DNA of 63,888 bases, filler included, from Octopus bimaculoides (lineage: Eukaryota), in assembly GCF_001194135.2 (NCBI RefSeq). It is 5 parts of 5 records of this genome, joined end to end, with 100 filler letters (N's around TTAATTAATTAA, not from the genome) between each part and the next. Parts side by side here need not be neighbours in the genome. Positions count along the whole stretch, not along the records: positions 1 to 19,356 come from NC_068987.1; positions 19,457 to 41,023 come from NC_068982.1; 3 more parts are not named here. The stretch is one strand, 5' to 3'. The stretch's first letter is position 1, and each line of letters begins with the position of its first letter. The translations under genes were made by a program, and so were the position numbers. Positions 12,246 to 22,730 of the stretch are shown here, piece by piece. A model generated the notes under the pieces. It was not told the origin of the DNA and ran no database searches. It was given only the letters and a program-made list of their open reading frames with translations.

Positions 12246-13201
12246 CGAAACGGAATTAAGCAGCCAACAGGTATATTCCAGGTTGATAGCTTATTTGTAA
12301 TGCTGTTGTACTACCAGTAAATACTTTGTAAGCCCTGTTAACAAAATACAAAGGCTACATGTCGGGATATACAGAAAAGAATTACGTTAATGTTACCCAC
12401 ACATTTTTTGTTGAAGACCTAAAATTATATTCTAGTAATATGAACAACATCAAGAGACAATTAGAACTAGTCACAACATTCTCACAAGATATAGGACTTG
12501 TGATAGATACACTACCTCCTACCTAGAAGGATATATCTTCGCTATTCAGGAACAGGAGATAACTATTAATTACTTGATAACAAGAGATACAAAGATTTCG
12601 CCAAGCTTCCACGTTGTGATAAAAAAATGTCGGCTCTGCTATACGAGTGTGGAAAATATTACTGACATCATCAGCAGCTGCCTCAAAATATCTATGAGAT
12701 ACTACATGCTCCTGAGGTATGATATAGTTGCAAAGACTATTTACTATGCTCTCCGTAGGAAGGTCTGCCCTGATGTATTCATCAAAGGCATGTCAGAACC
12801 AGCAGGTATTCACACCTTTAAAAACAAGGTATACCGGTGGAACACACCCAATAACAACATCATTTCGGCGCAAACATAACAGGCCTGTTTTATGGTACAG
12901 GGAACAAAAATAACGCGCTGTTGTAGAGGTCAGCTGCCCAGCAGATGCGAATGTACAACCAAAACTTCAGGTAAAAAGAGAACGTTTATGATGAATTAAT
13001 GCGGAACTTACAGCTCTTGTACCCTGAGTATGAATTCTCATTTGTACCTGTTATCATAGGTGCATTAAGTTTTGTGCCAACAAATTTGCACAAAAACCTA
13101 GAAATATTCGGTTTCATGGAAAAAAGCAAAAGAAACTGACGCGGATTCTCCAAATCCAATCTATTAGTGACACGTTGGAAATTTGTAAGATATTCCAGAA
13201 A
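12246..13201 (+). mobile_element. R4/Dong-like fragment 3, internally deleted (RT, CCHC zinc finger, RLE)
   Basis: RT motifs GIFQVDSL and THTFFVEDLKLYSSN..LELVTTFSQDIG; EGYIFAIQEQEI; CRLCYTSVENITDIISSC..RYDIVAKTIY; KHNRP..VVEVSCPAD; LRNLQLLYPEYEFSFVPVIIGAL-like block; QIQSISDTLEICKIF; stops and frameshifts. Confidence 0.85.
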
Positions 13202-13264
13202 CTGTATGTATGTATGTATGTATGTGTGTGTACCTGTGTGTGTGTGTGTGTGTGTGTGTTAATC

Positions 13265-13470
13265 TTCGTGTTAGTCCCCATCCCGGTGCTGGGCAACCGG
13301 TGCTGGTTTGTTTACGTCCCCGTAACGTTTCGGCAAAAGGGATAGTTAGAATAAGTACCATACTTAAAATTTTTTTTAAAAAACATAAGTGGTTGGGCTG
13401 GATTTGATCAGCAAAAACTTCTCAAGGCAGTGCTCCAGCATGGACACAGTCCAATATAAGAAAACAAAAC
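13265..13470 (+). mobile_element. SINE family A, 3' half
   Basis: GCTGGTTTGTTTACGTCCCCGTAAC..GGCAAAAG..AGAATAAGTAC..GTGCTCCAGCATGG.CACAGTC. Confidence 0.75.
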
Positions 13471-13786
13471 ATAAAGCTCTTATAAATTAATGTTTCATCT
13501 CTTTATCGAACTGTCCATTATCGCTGTTATCTTTTCCCCATTGTCGTCATCTCTTTCATCAATCAACCCAGTTTTATTTCTTTTCTTTCTTTGTCTTTTA
13601 TTTCATTCATCTTTCTTAATTGAAAGTTATTACGTCTTAATAATTTAAAACAAATGTCATCTACTAACTTTTTCCATTTCTTTAAATTGAAAAGAATTTT
13701 TTTTTAATATTATTATATAATAATTAAACAATTATATAAAATAATTATATAAAGGAGTGGCTGTGTGGTAAGAAGCTTGCTTCCGG

Positions 13787-14490
13787 TTACAGTGGTTCAT
13801 TCGTTTTGTTGGATTTGTGTGACATAGACGTGTGTTTTTGGCTGTGCGACGTTTTTCCTCTTGTGTGATGGAGGGGCGTCGAATGAGGAGTTGCGAGGCT
13901 TTGAGTTATTATGTGCCAAGCGTTGAAAGCTGCCCGTCCTCGGACTATGTGTCGTCTGAAGAAGAAATGGTAAAGTGTCTCAAGAAAATAGACAAAGCTA
14001 TGGAAAATAGAAGAAAAGTACGAAGACATAAGGCTGGAAGATGTAAGCAAGTATAAGGGAATGCTTGAAGAGGAGGGGAACAAAGTGAAGGTGTGTCCCT
14101 CCCCGTCGAAGAAGTCTTAAAGAAAACAGCGGAAAGAACGGTAGTTTATAGGATGTACTCGGTGACAGCTGGAAAAATTGAGAACATGTCTACGGTACAG
14201 ATAGAAAAGGCCTTAAGACCAGTCTGGCAAGGGATTTCGTACCTTGCTAGAGGTAAAAAAATTTGGAACGATAGAGGTGCAGTTCGAGAATGTAGCTACT
14301 GCCAGGCTGCACTCGGCAACATCGCTGAAAACGAATAAGGTAGTTCTTCTACCCGTATACCGGAGCATATGCGATGTGCGGTGGTGGACCCGGAGTACCT
14401 GGCGAGATTGAGGAAGTATGTGGAAGATTTTACGTGGTGGGAAAAGAGAATAAATACAAGTACTATGCCAGAGCGGGTGAGTTATTTTGA
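13787..14490 (+). mobile_element. Probable decayed 5' UTR/ORF1 of a non-LTR retrotransposon (L1/Tx1-like)
   Basis: Purine- and CpG-rich block; frameshifted peptide KKTAERTVVYRMYSVTAGKIENMSTVQIEKALRPVWQGISYLARGKK/FGTIEVQFENVATARLHSATSLKTNKVVLLPVY has an RRM-like ORF1 character; family not certain. Confidence 0.4.
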
Positions 14491-14540
14491 CATTCTCAAA
14501 AAATATAAAATAGATATATTGAATAAAAAAAAAGGTAATA

Positions 14541-14815
14541 TAGTTCTATATTTAAGAGATGAGGAATTATGTGCATTATTTTCATTTAACGGATATTTGT
14601 CCACATCTTGTTTGTTGTTAACACAACGTTTCGGCTGATACACCCTCCAGCCTTCATCAGGTGTCTTGGGGAAATTTCGAACCTGGGTTCTCATTCCTAA
14701 GGTATTTTTCGATGTTATTATTATTATCATTATTATTATTCAAGTCACTGCCTAGAATCGAACTCGGAATCTTGGGGTTCGTAGCTCGCGCTCTTAACCA
14801 CTACGCCATATGCCC
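14541..14815 (-). mobile_element. tRNA-headed SINE carrying a hammerhead ribozyme, copy 1 (family H)
   Basis: A box TGGCGTAGTGG (14798-14808), B box GAGTTCGATTC (14755-14765), (AAT)n spacer, hammerhead at 14620-14665, A-rich 3' tail; homologous to 14817-14985 and 51505-51810. Confidence 0.85.
14620..14665 (-). ncRNA. Minimal type I hammerhead ribozyme motif with intact core
   Basis: GACAC-CUGAUGA-A-GGCUGG[AGGGUGUA]UCAGCC-GAAA-CG-UU-GUGUU: stem I 5 bp, stem II 6 bp, palindromic ACGU stem III; predicted cleavage after GUU at 14625/14624. Confidence 0.75.
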
Positions 14816-14816
14816 A

Positions 14817-14985
14817 GGCGTAGTATAATAATAATAACATCAAAAAATACCTTAAGAATAAGAACTCAGGTCCGAAATTTCCCCAAGACACCAGATGAAG
14901 GCTGATGGGTATATCAGCCGAAACGTTGTGTTAACAACAAACAAGATGAGGNNNNNNNNNNATCCGTCAATTGTAAATAATGTAA
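14817..14985 (+). mobile_element. Family H copy 2, inverted relative to copy 1, head mostly deleted
   Basis: GGCGTAGT (A-box remnant) joined to (AAT)n and the body AACATCAAAAAATACCTTAAGAATAAGAAC..CCCCAAGACAC; reverse complement of 14590-14740. Confidence 0.85.
14887..14932 (+). ncRNA. Hammerhead motif with mutated core (CAGAUGA), probably inactive
   Basis: GACAC-CAGAUGA-A-GGCUGAU[GGGUAU]AUCAGCC-GAAA-CGUU-GUGUU; U4>A. Confidence 0.65.
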
Positions 14986-15339
14986 AAAAAAAAAAAAAAG
15001 AAGGCAAATTGCTTTTATAAATGGTAACGAAAAAGATGTATAAACTGTGATAGCAAATGGTAATACAAAGATGAGGACAAATATCCGTCAATTGTAAATA
15101 ATGTAAAAAAAAAAAAGAAGGCAAATTGCTTTTATAAATGGTAATGAAAAAGATGTATAAACTGTGATAGCAAATGGTAATACAAACGGTGTGGTTACAG
15201 GTTCGGAGGTGGGGCCGAACGACTTCATTTCATCTTTCATTATATAATTTCATTCATTTCATTCGTTTTTTTGTCCGTACCTTGTGGTGTCCCCTCTGTG
15301 TAGGGCCTTTATGGCCAATTTTCATGAAATAAAGATGCT

Positions 15340-15665
15340 TGATTCCCAAACCACATGGTTCCGGGTTCAGTCCTACTGCGTGGCACCTTGAGCAAGTGTC
15401 TTCTACTATAGCCTCCGGCCGGCCAAAGCCTTGTGAGTGGATTTGGTAGACGGATACGTGTATGTGTGTTTCTCCCCCACCACCATCGCTTGACAACCGA
15501 TGCTGGTGTGTTTTCGTCCTCGTACCCTAGCGGTTCAGCAAAAGGGACCGATAGAATAAGTACTACGCTTATAAAGAATAAGTCCTGGGGTCGATTGGTT
15601 CGACTAAAGGTGGTACTCCAGCATGGCCGCAGTCAAATGACTGAAACAAGTAAAAGAATTAAAGA
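15340..15665 (+). mobile_element. SINE family A, slightly 5'-truncated
   Basis: CCACATGGTTCCGGGTTCAGTCC..CAGTCAAATGACTGAAACAAGTAAAAG. Confidence 0.9.
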
Positions 15666-16803
15666 ATAATTAAATAATGGTTTCTTTTATATTTTATCTT
15701 TCATTTACTTCAGTCATTAGATTGAGGCCACGCTGGAGCACTGGCTAGAAGAATTTTTTGTCGAATGAACAGACCCCAGTACTTAGGTTTTATTAGGCTT
15801 GGTAATTATNNNNNNNNNNNNNNNNNNNNNNNNNNNNNNNNNNNNNNNNNNNNNNNNNNNNNNNNNNNNNNNNNNNNNNNNNNNNNNNNNNNNNNNNNNN
15901 NNNNNNNNNNNNNNNNNNNNNNNNNNNNNNNNNNNNNNNNNNNNNNNNNNNNNNNNNNNNNNNNNNNNNNNNNNNNNNNNNNNNNNNNNNNNNNNNNNNN
16001 NNNNNNNNNNNNNNNNNNNNNNNNNNNNNNNNNNNNNNNNNNNNNNNNNNNNNNNNNNNNNNNNNNNNNNNNNNNNNNNNNNNNNNNNNNNNNNNNNNNN
16101 NNNNNNNNNNNNNNNNNNNNNNNNNNNNNNNNNNNNNNNNNNNNNNNNNNNNNNNNNNNNNNNNNNNNNNNNNNNNNNNNNNNNNNNNNNNNNNNNNNNN
16201 NNNNNNNNNNNNNNNNNNNNNNNNNNNNNNNNNNNNNNNNNNNNNNNNNNNNNNNNNNNNNNNNNNNNNNNNNNNNNNNNNNNNNNNNNNNNNNNNNNNN
16301 NNNNNNNNNNNNNNNNNNNNNNNNNNNNNNNNNNNNNNNNNNNNNNNNNNNNNNNNNNNNNNNNNNNNNNNNNNNNNNNNNNNNNNNNNNNGAAGAAGAA
16401 GAAGAAGAAGAAGAACAACAACAACAACAACAACAAGGTTTCCTAAAGAGTTAAAAACTAGTCAACTGTTTTCTTTTTTAATATGGCTACCATAAGAATC
16501 TATCCATGAAAACAAATTACATGTCTTTTTTTTGTAGATACATCTGTACTTTCATCAATAATCAATGAAAAGTTATTGATCCTTAGTATCTTTCATCAAT
16601 GAGATGATGAAGAGTAAGTGTTCCTTTTGTTCTTGTATATTTAATTTCCTTACCATTTTTTCTTTTTTCGTTTTTGAATCGGAGACATTAAAGAACAGGT
16701 TTAAAAACCTGGAATCTGCTTTGGTAGCGAATCGAAGAAATTATGTTCTAACTCAACTATACACTTCTTCAGTTCATTGGAGGCCGCAACCACAACATAT
16801 ATG

Positions 16804-17297
16804 TACGAAGGTGGACTGAAAAGCTCATAGGTTGACTATGAAGGAGTGATGCTAGAGCTGTGAAATCTTGCATGCATTAATTTCAACTCTTCTTATTAAT
16901 AGATGCATTGTTTCTTTTTTTTTTTTCAGGTAAACTGACATCTGATTGTTGAAAGAAGACTTCAAAAGTAACTGGTAACGACTGAGGCTTTGAATTGGTT
17001 GAACACCCACCTTATTCTCTTGATTTGGTTCCATCTGATTATCATCTGTCCCTTAACAGGAAAAAGCATTTGGCTGGGAACAAGTATCCCAGTGATGATT
17101 GCGTCATATCTGCTGTTGATGACTTTTCAACCAACAAGATGAACGCTTCTTCACCAATAGGATCCAAGTACTGCAATACCGGTTGAAAGAAACATGAGTG
17201 GACCGCAAGGGGGACTATGTTGAAAAATAAACCTCATTTGGTCACATCCAATCAGAGTGTCTTGGTCCGCTTATGAACTTTTCAGTCGATCCTCGAA
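16804..17297 (+). mobile_element. Internally deleted mariner element with transposase C-terminal remnant
   Basis: TIRs TACGAAGGTGGACTGAAAAGCTCATAGG / CTTATGAACTTTTCAGTCGATCCTCG; peptide EHPPYSLDLVPSDYHL matches the mariner HPPYSPDLAPSDYHLF motif. Confidence 0.9.
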
Positions 17298-19356
17298 CGC
17301 ATTTCTTCTGTCCATTGTGTCACAACCACAACAGGTATGTATTTCATAAAAAAGAATAGGAAGCTCTAAAAATATCAGTTGTTTTAGATGTCTGGATATT
17401 TAGTGCAGTTGTAAAAGTCTCTCACTATCAAAATGTTTCTTAAGTAACAAAATTCCCAGATAACTAACTAGTCTATGAACAAACAAAATGCCTTTGCAAG
17501 CTTCACGTTAAGCTGGAGATCAAGACTACCGTTTGGTATTAAAACTGATTCTGTCGCTGTTAATTATTGTTAATGAGCCCACTGGCTATTTGCGACATCA
17601 GTGTCTGAATAGACGCAGAGATTCTATGTGTCATTCACGAAGAGATTCGACTGTTATCACGCTGCTGGATATCTGACACTGAGGAACCCACAGTGGGGTG
17701 AAATCATGTGATCTAGTAGTTCCAGTAGTGGTAGCAGACGATTCTCGTCTGTCAAGGATATAATTTCGAGTGCTTTTATGCACCATGGGTCCTTATAAGA
17801 GTTTCTTTCGAGGTAAATAACACAGTAATTCTGTGTTCTAACAAAACCTCCACGTTAAGTTGGCGGTCAAGATTTCCTTTTGGTTTTAACGCTGCTTCTG
17901 TGACTGTTAAAAATAGGATCACCTTGTCAATTTTTCAGACAGTGTTTCTGTTCGTAACTGGGTTTATGCTGATTATTTGTTTTTTAGTATGAACTTTCTC
18001 TTTAATCATACCCTTATCATCCCCTTTCTCTGTTAGTTTAATCAGTAGTTTACGTTGGATTGCAAATGAAATAAAACTATAAAAAAATTAGCAAAATCAC
18101 AATTGTAAAGCGAATAATGACACGAGCTATAACTCACAGAAACAGCGATTAATCATCGTCTGAAATTACCTGGCATCTAACGAAATGAGCCCTTATAAAG
18201 CGCATTCAAACATTTAGGCATAAAAATTTGCCGTTATAATGAATTATTATGAGTCAAATTTCAACCAAAAGGTGAAACAAAAATAAAAATGAAAAATTCA
18301 TTAGCCATACAACAAGTATTTTAGCAACATTTACTAAATTTCATGAGTTTTACCAAATTTTCTATACAGAGCCAAATTTGCAAAATATGATTAAAAAAAA
18401 AAAAAACAGAAGAAAGATCAGCTTCGATAGCTCTGGTTTCCACACATTATTTTCTATTAATTTATATCATGCGGCTTTGGTCGACTGGAAATTATAGCAA
18501 TATAACTTCCACCCGATGTCATAGTGATAGTATAGATATATCGTACGCAGTAGAAACATACTCAGAAATCATGTTGTTGCACAACGAACTTCGTAACCAC
18601 AAAACCTGGCCTATAGAATACAAAATATTTCAGCTGTTTAAACCAAGATCAAAACCCCTACACAGTGGCTCTGTCTGATAAAAAAGGACATCCGAGCTCT
18701 TTCAAATCACACCCTGTCGACAAAATAGACCCCAGTAAAAGATCGAGGTCAATGTAATTGACTAGCACATCGACGACACAAAATTCAGGCTTTGTAAATA
18801 TAGTAAAAAGAATCATCATCATCATCATCATCATCGTTTTTTTTTTTTTTTNNNNNNNNNNACAGATGCTACGCAAATCTCTTATAATCTAAAGAGATAA
18901 TAATTCACTCTTGACCTTCATCATAATATCTAAGCTTTCTATTTAATCCAGTCAAGCGAAAAAAGAAGAAAAAAAAAAAGAAAAGAGAAAGGAAATCCGT
19001 ATATTCTGTGAAAAATTACTGCTCAAGTGTCTAGCTTGTGAGATAGCACTTGTTTTGTGTTGCTTTGTTTTAACCTCTTTACTTTATAGTCCTTGTGTTT
19101 GATTGTTTTGGGTGTTTTTTTTTGTACAGATCGATAACCATGAGCTGATTGATCTCAGTTTGATATGCTACAGTATAGCTCGTATCCGTTGGAATATCCA
19201 GGCTTAGACAATATCGACTGAAAGAAATATCTCTTCTCGATTATGCAATATCTTGGTAGCATTAACGATTCTTAATCTCGATAATTCTTCTTCTTCTTCT
19301 TCTTCTTCTTCTTCTTCTTCTTCTTCTTCTCCTCCTCCTTCTTCTCCCCCTCCCCC

Positions 19357-19456
19357 NNNNNNNNNNNNNNNNNNNNNNNNNNNNNNNNNNNNNNNNNNNN
19401 TTAATTAATTAANNNNNNNNNNNNNNNNNNNNNNNNNNNNNNNNNNNNNNNNNNNN
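19357..19456. other. Artificial 100-bp join N44-TTAATTAATTAA-N44
   Basis: Same layout at four places; six-frame stop linker. Confidence 0.95.
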
Positions 19457-20442
19457 TTTTGTTGCACAATTGCTTTTTTGATTCATATATATATATATAT
19501 ATATATATATGAATCAAAAAAGCAATTGTGCAACAAAAAGTTCTGGTTACAATATTGGCATGGCTCTCTTGGAATTTTAAAAAATTATTTCAATATTCAG
19601 TTGTATAATGGTTAAACAGCTGCAAAAGAAAACAAATTCTTTGATTTCCGATTCATTAAATTCATTGTATAAAAATGGAATAGCAACTTTAATAATTAAT
19701 CCATACCCAATATTTTTAGAAGCTGAAGTAAAGTCAGAGTTATTTTTGTGTAACTGACAACGCTGTTAGAGTACAGCTGACCAAATTAAGAAGGGGTTAG
19801 ATCTACAAACTAAGGAATCTACAGTGCATCTACCCTTACTATTTGGGGAATATGACATATAACTGCAAACAAAGACCATGAGGAATTCAGACTTCTGTCA
19901 CTGTCAAGGTCCTACTGTGTTAATTCAGAATATTTTGTACATATTCTAACATGGTCAGCAGATGCAATACATTGCAATAAATAGTAATTTTATCATGTGA
20001 GAGAAAGAAAGAAAGTGAGAGAGATGTGTCCCAAATACTGAAATTCTTGCAATAAAGATAAATTTCAATATACTGTAATAGCTTCTGGTAGTGACAGCAT
20101 CGTAAATAGAAGAAAAGCAGTTGGTTCACCTGAAGCTTTAAACAGCTGTAGTGTTGGCATTTAGATTTTTATTTTTGTCTCAAGAATGGTGTTGAAAGAA
20201 GCAGAAACAATTGTAAGAATACAAAATACCAACTAATATTTCTTCAGGACCTCTTGTAGCCTGTCACATTACTTGCTGAAAATAGCAGAGAATTACTGCT
20301 AGTAAATGCTTTAAATAGCTTTTGGAGTTCTTAGACGTAGGTCTAACTAGTTTGACAAAATAAATACATAAAAGTTCTTGTAAAGCCAGGTGATAAAATT
20401 ATCACATGATCACACAGTCCATCGTCATTGTAGTCACCATCG

Positions 20443-20490
<48 letters not shown>

Positions 20491-20734
20491 CCCATATCAT
20501 CATCATCATCATCATCACCCACACCATCATCATCATCATCATCGCCAGATGGAATTTGTTGAGGCAGATTTTCTACAGCCAGATGTCCTCCATGTTGTCA
20601 GCCATCACTTGTTTCCAAGTGAGGTGGTATTTTCTCATGACCAGACAGGTCTTAATGAAGATTAGCAACAAATTACACTGATTGAACGATAGTGGCACTC
20701 ATTTATAACTGCCACGTGATGAAAGCACAAGACG

Positions 20735-20777
<43 letters not shown>

Positions 20778-20807
20778 CACACACAAAATCATATTCTTTT
20801 TATATAG

Positions 20808-20907
20808 ATCAGGGATTGAATTTGTTTTGAGATTATCGAAGTGTATGGTATTGATAAGCCATAATAATGGCAAAATATCAATATCTACCATTCTTGTTGA
20901 TTCCAAG
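20808..20907 (+). CDS. Candidate 100-nt internal exon, gene unknown
   Basis: TTCTTTTTATATAG acceptor and AAG|GTGAGT donor; single open frame SGIEFVLRLSKCMVLISHNNGKISISTILVDSK; no homology recognised. Confidence 0.2.
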
Positions 20908-21049
20908 GTGAGTTGTCTCACCTGGTCTCTGACATTCAGGTATTCTTTAACACTTGGCAAGCATAGGGAGATTTCTCAGGAAGCTATTCCACACCAAATT
21001 CGGTGTATAAACAAAACACATGCCGTGTATGTGTGATCTATAGTTATCA

Positions 21050-21730
21050 TCATCATCATCATCATCATCATTGTTAAATATCTGTTTTCCATGCTGGCAT
21101 GGATTGGACAGTTTGACTGAGGTCTGGCAAGCCAGTAGGTTGCACCAGGCTCCAGTCTGATCAGGCAAGATTTCTACAGCCCTTCCTAATGCCAACCACT
21201 CTGAGACTGTATTGGATGCATTTTATGTGCCACCAGCACAGGAGCCATTCAGGCAGCACTGGCGTCGACCACATTCAGATGGTGCTTTTTATGTGCCGCT
21301 GGTACAGGAGCCAGTCAGAGGGTACTGGCATTGACCATGTTCAGTTGGTGTTTTTTACATGCCACCGAAACGGAGAGCCAGTCAGGCAATACTGGCATCG
21401 ACCCACACTTGAAGGGTGCTTATTACATACCACCAGCACAGGTGCCAGTCAGGCGGCGCTGGCATCAGCCAGTTCATTCAACAGGTCTTTTCAAGCACTG
21501 CATGTCGCTTGGTAATTGAAGGCTACTTTTAAATGGGCTGGTTATGTGACACTGGTATCGGCACAGCTGCGATTTCACTTTACTCACCGGGTCTTCTCAA
21601 TCACAGCATAACTCCAAAGGTCTCAGTCTCTTGCCATTGCTTCTGTGAGGCCCAACATTCGAAGGTTGTACTTCACCACCTCATCCCATGTCTTCTTAGG
21701 TTCCTTCCACAGGTTCCTTCCACAGTTAAG
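21050..21730 (-). mobile_element. Family C non-autonomous element(s) ending in (GAT)n, with internal GTGCCAG/CTGGCAC modules
   Basis: Tail CATCATTGTTAAATATCTGTTTTCCATGCTGGCATGG, TTTCTACAGC..CCTTCCTAATGCCAACCAC; the (GAT)n tail suggests an RTE partner (inference). Confidence 0.8.
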
Positions 21731-21799
21731 GGATAATGTTCACATATATTTATCATCATCATGATCATCATTATCATCAATTAATGTCCACTTCCCATG

Positions 21800-22120
21800 T
21801 TGGTATGGTTGACCCTTTGACGGGATCTGGTGAATGACCAAGACCTTTGGCATTATGTCGTGCTTGAGAAGAAGACCCATCAAGCCAAGCAAAATCACAG
21901 TCGCGACAGATACTGGTGTCATGCAAATGGCACCCATGCTGGTGGCATGTAGAAGTACCCATTACACTCTCAGAGTGGTTGGTTTTAGAAAGGGCATCCA
22001 GCTGTAGAAAACCATACTGAATCAGACTGGAATCTGGGGCAGCCTTCCAGTGTGCCAGCCTTAGTCAAACTGTCCAACCCATGCCAGCATGGACAACGGA
22101 CATTAAATGATGATGATGAC
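21800..22120 (+). mobile_element. Family C element, inverted relative to the preceding copy
   Basis: GTGGTTGGTTTTAGAAAGGGCATCCAGCTGTAGAAAC..CCAACCCATGCCAGCATGGACAACGGACATTAAATGATGATG. Confidence 0.85.
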
Positions 22121-22204
22121 GATTTATGGGGAGGTATATTGAACTATTAATATGGAGACAATGTCCAGTTCTAGGAATTCTTTTATACAATCATTGTATC
22201 AATA

Positions 22205-22654
22205 TCTCTTTCTCTCTCTTTGTCTCTCTCTCACTCTCTCCCTTCCCCTCTCTCTTGCTCTCACAGTCTGCTCTCTCTCTCTCTCTCTCTCGCGCTCTCT
22301 CTCTCTCGCGCTCTCTCTCTCTCTTGCTCCTTCTCTCTTGCTCCCTCTCTCTTGCTCTTGCTCTCTCTCTCTCTTGCTCTCTCTCTCTCTTTTTTTCTCT
22401 CTCTCTTGTTCTCTCTTTATCTTGCTCTCTCTCTCTCTCTCTCTTGCTTTCTCTCTCTTCTCTGTCTCTCTCTTCTCTGTCTCTCTCTTCTCTGTCTCTC
22501 TCTTCTCTGTCTCTCTCTTCTCTGTCTCTCTCTTCTCTGTCTCTCTCTTCTCTGTCTCTCTCTTCTCTGTCTCTCTCTTCTCTGTCTCTCTCTTGCTCTC
22601 TCTCTCACTCTTGTTCTCTCTCTCTCTCTCTTGCTTTCTCTTTCCTACTCTGTT

Positions 22655-22687
<33 letters not shown>

Positions 22688-22730
22688 TTCTCTCTCCCTC
22701 TCTCCCTCTCTCCCTCTCTCTCTTCCCTCC
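22205..22730. repeat. (CT)n-rich tract with an internal 15-bp unit CTCTCTCTTCTCTGT (about 9 copies, 22451-22590)
   Basis: Direct reading. Confidence 0.9.
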
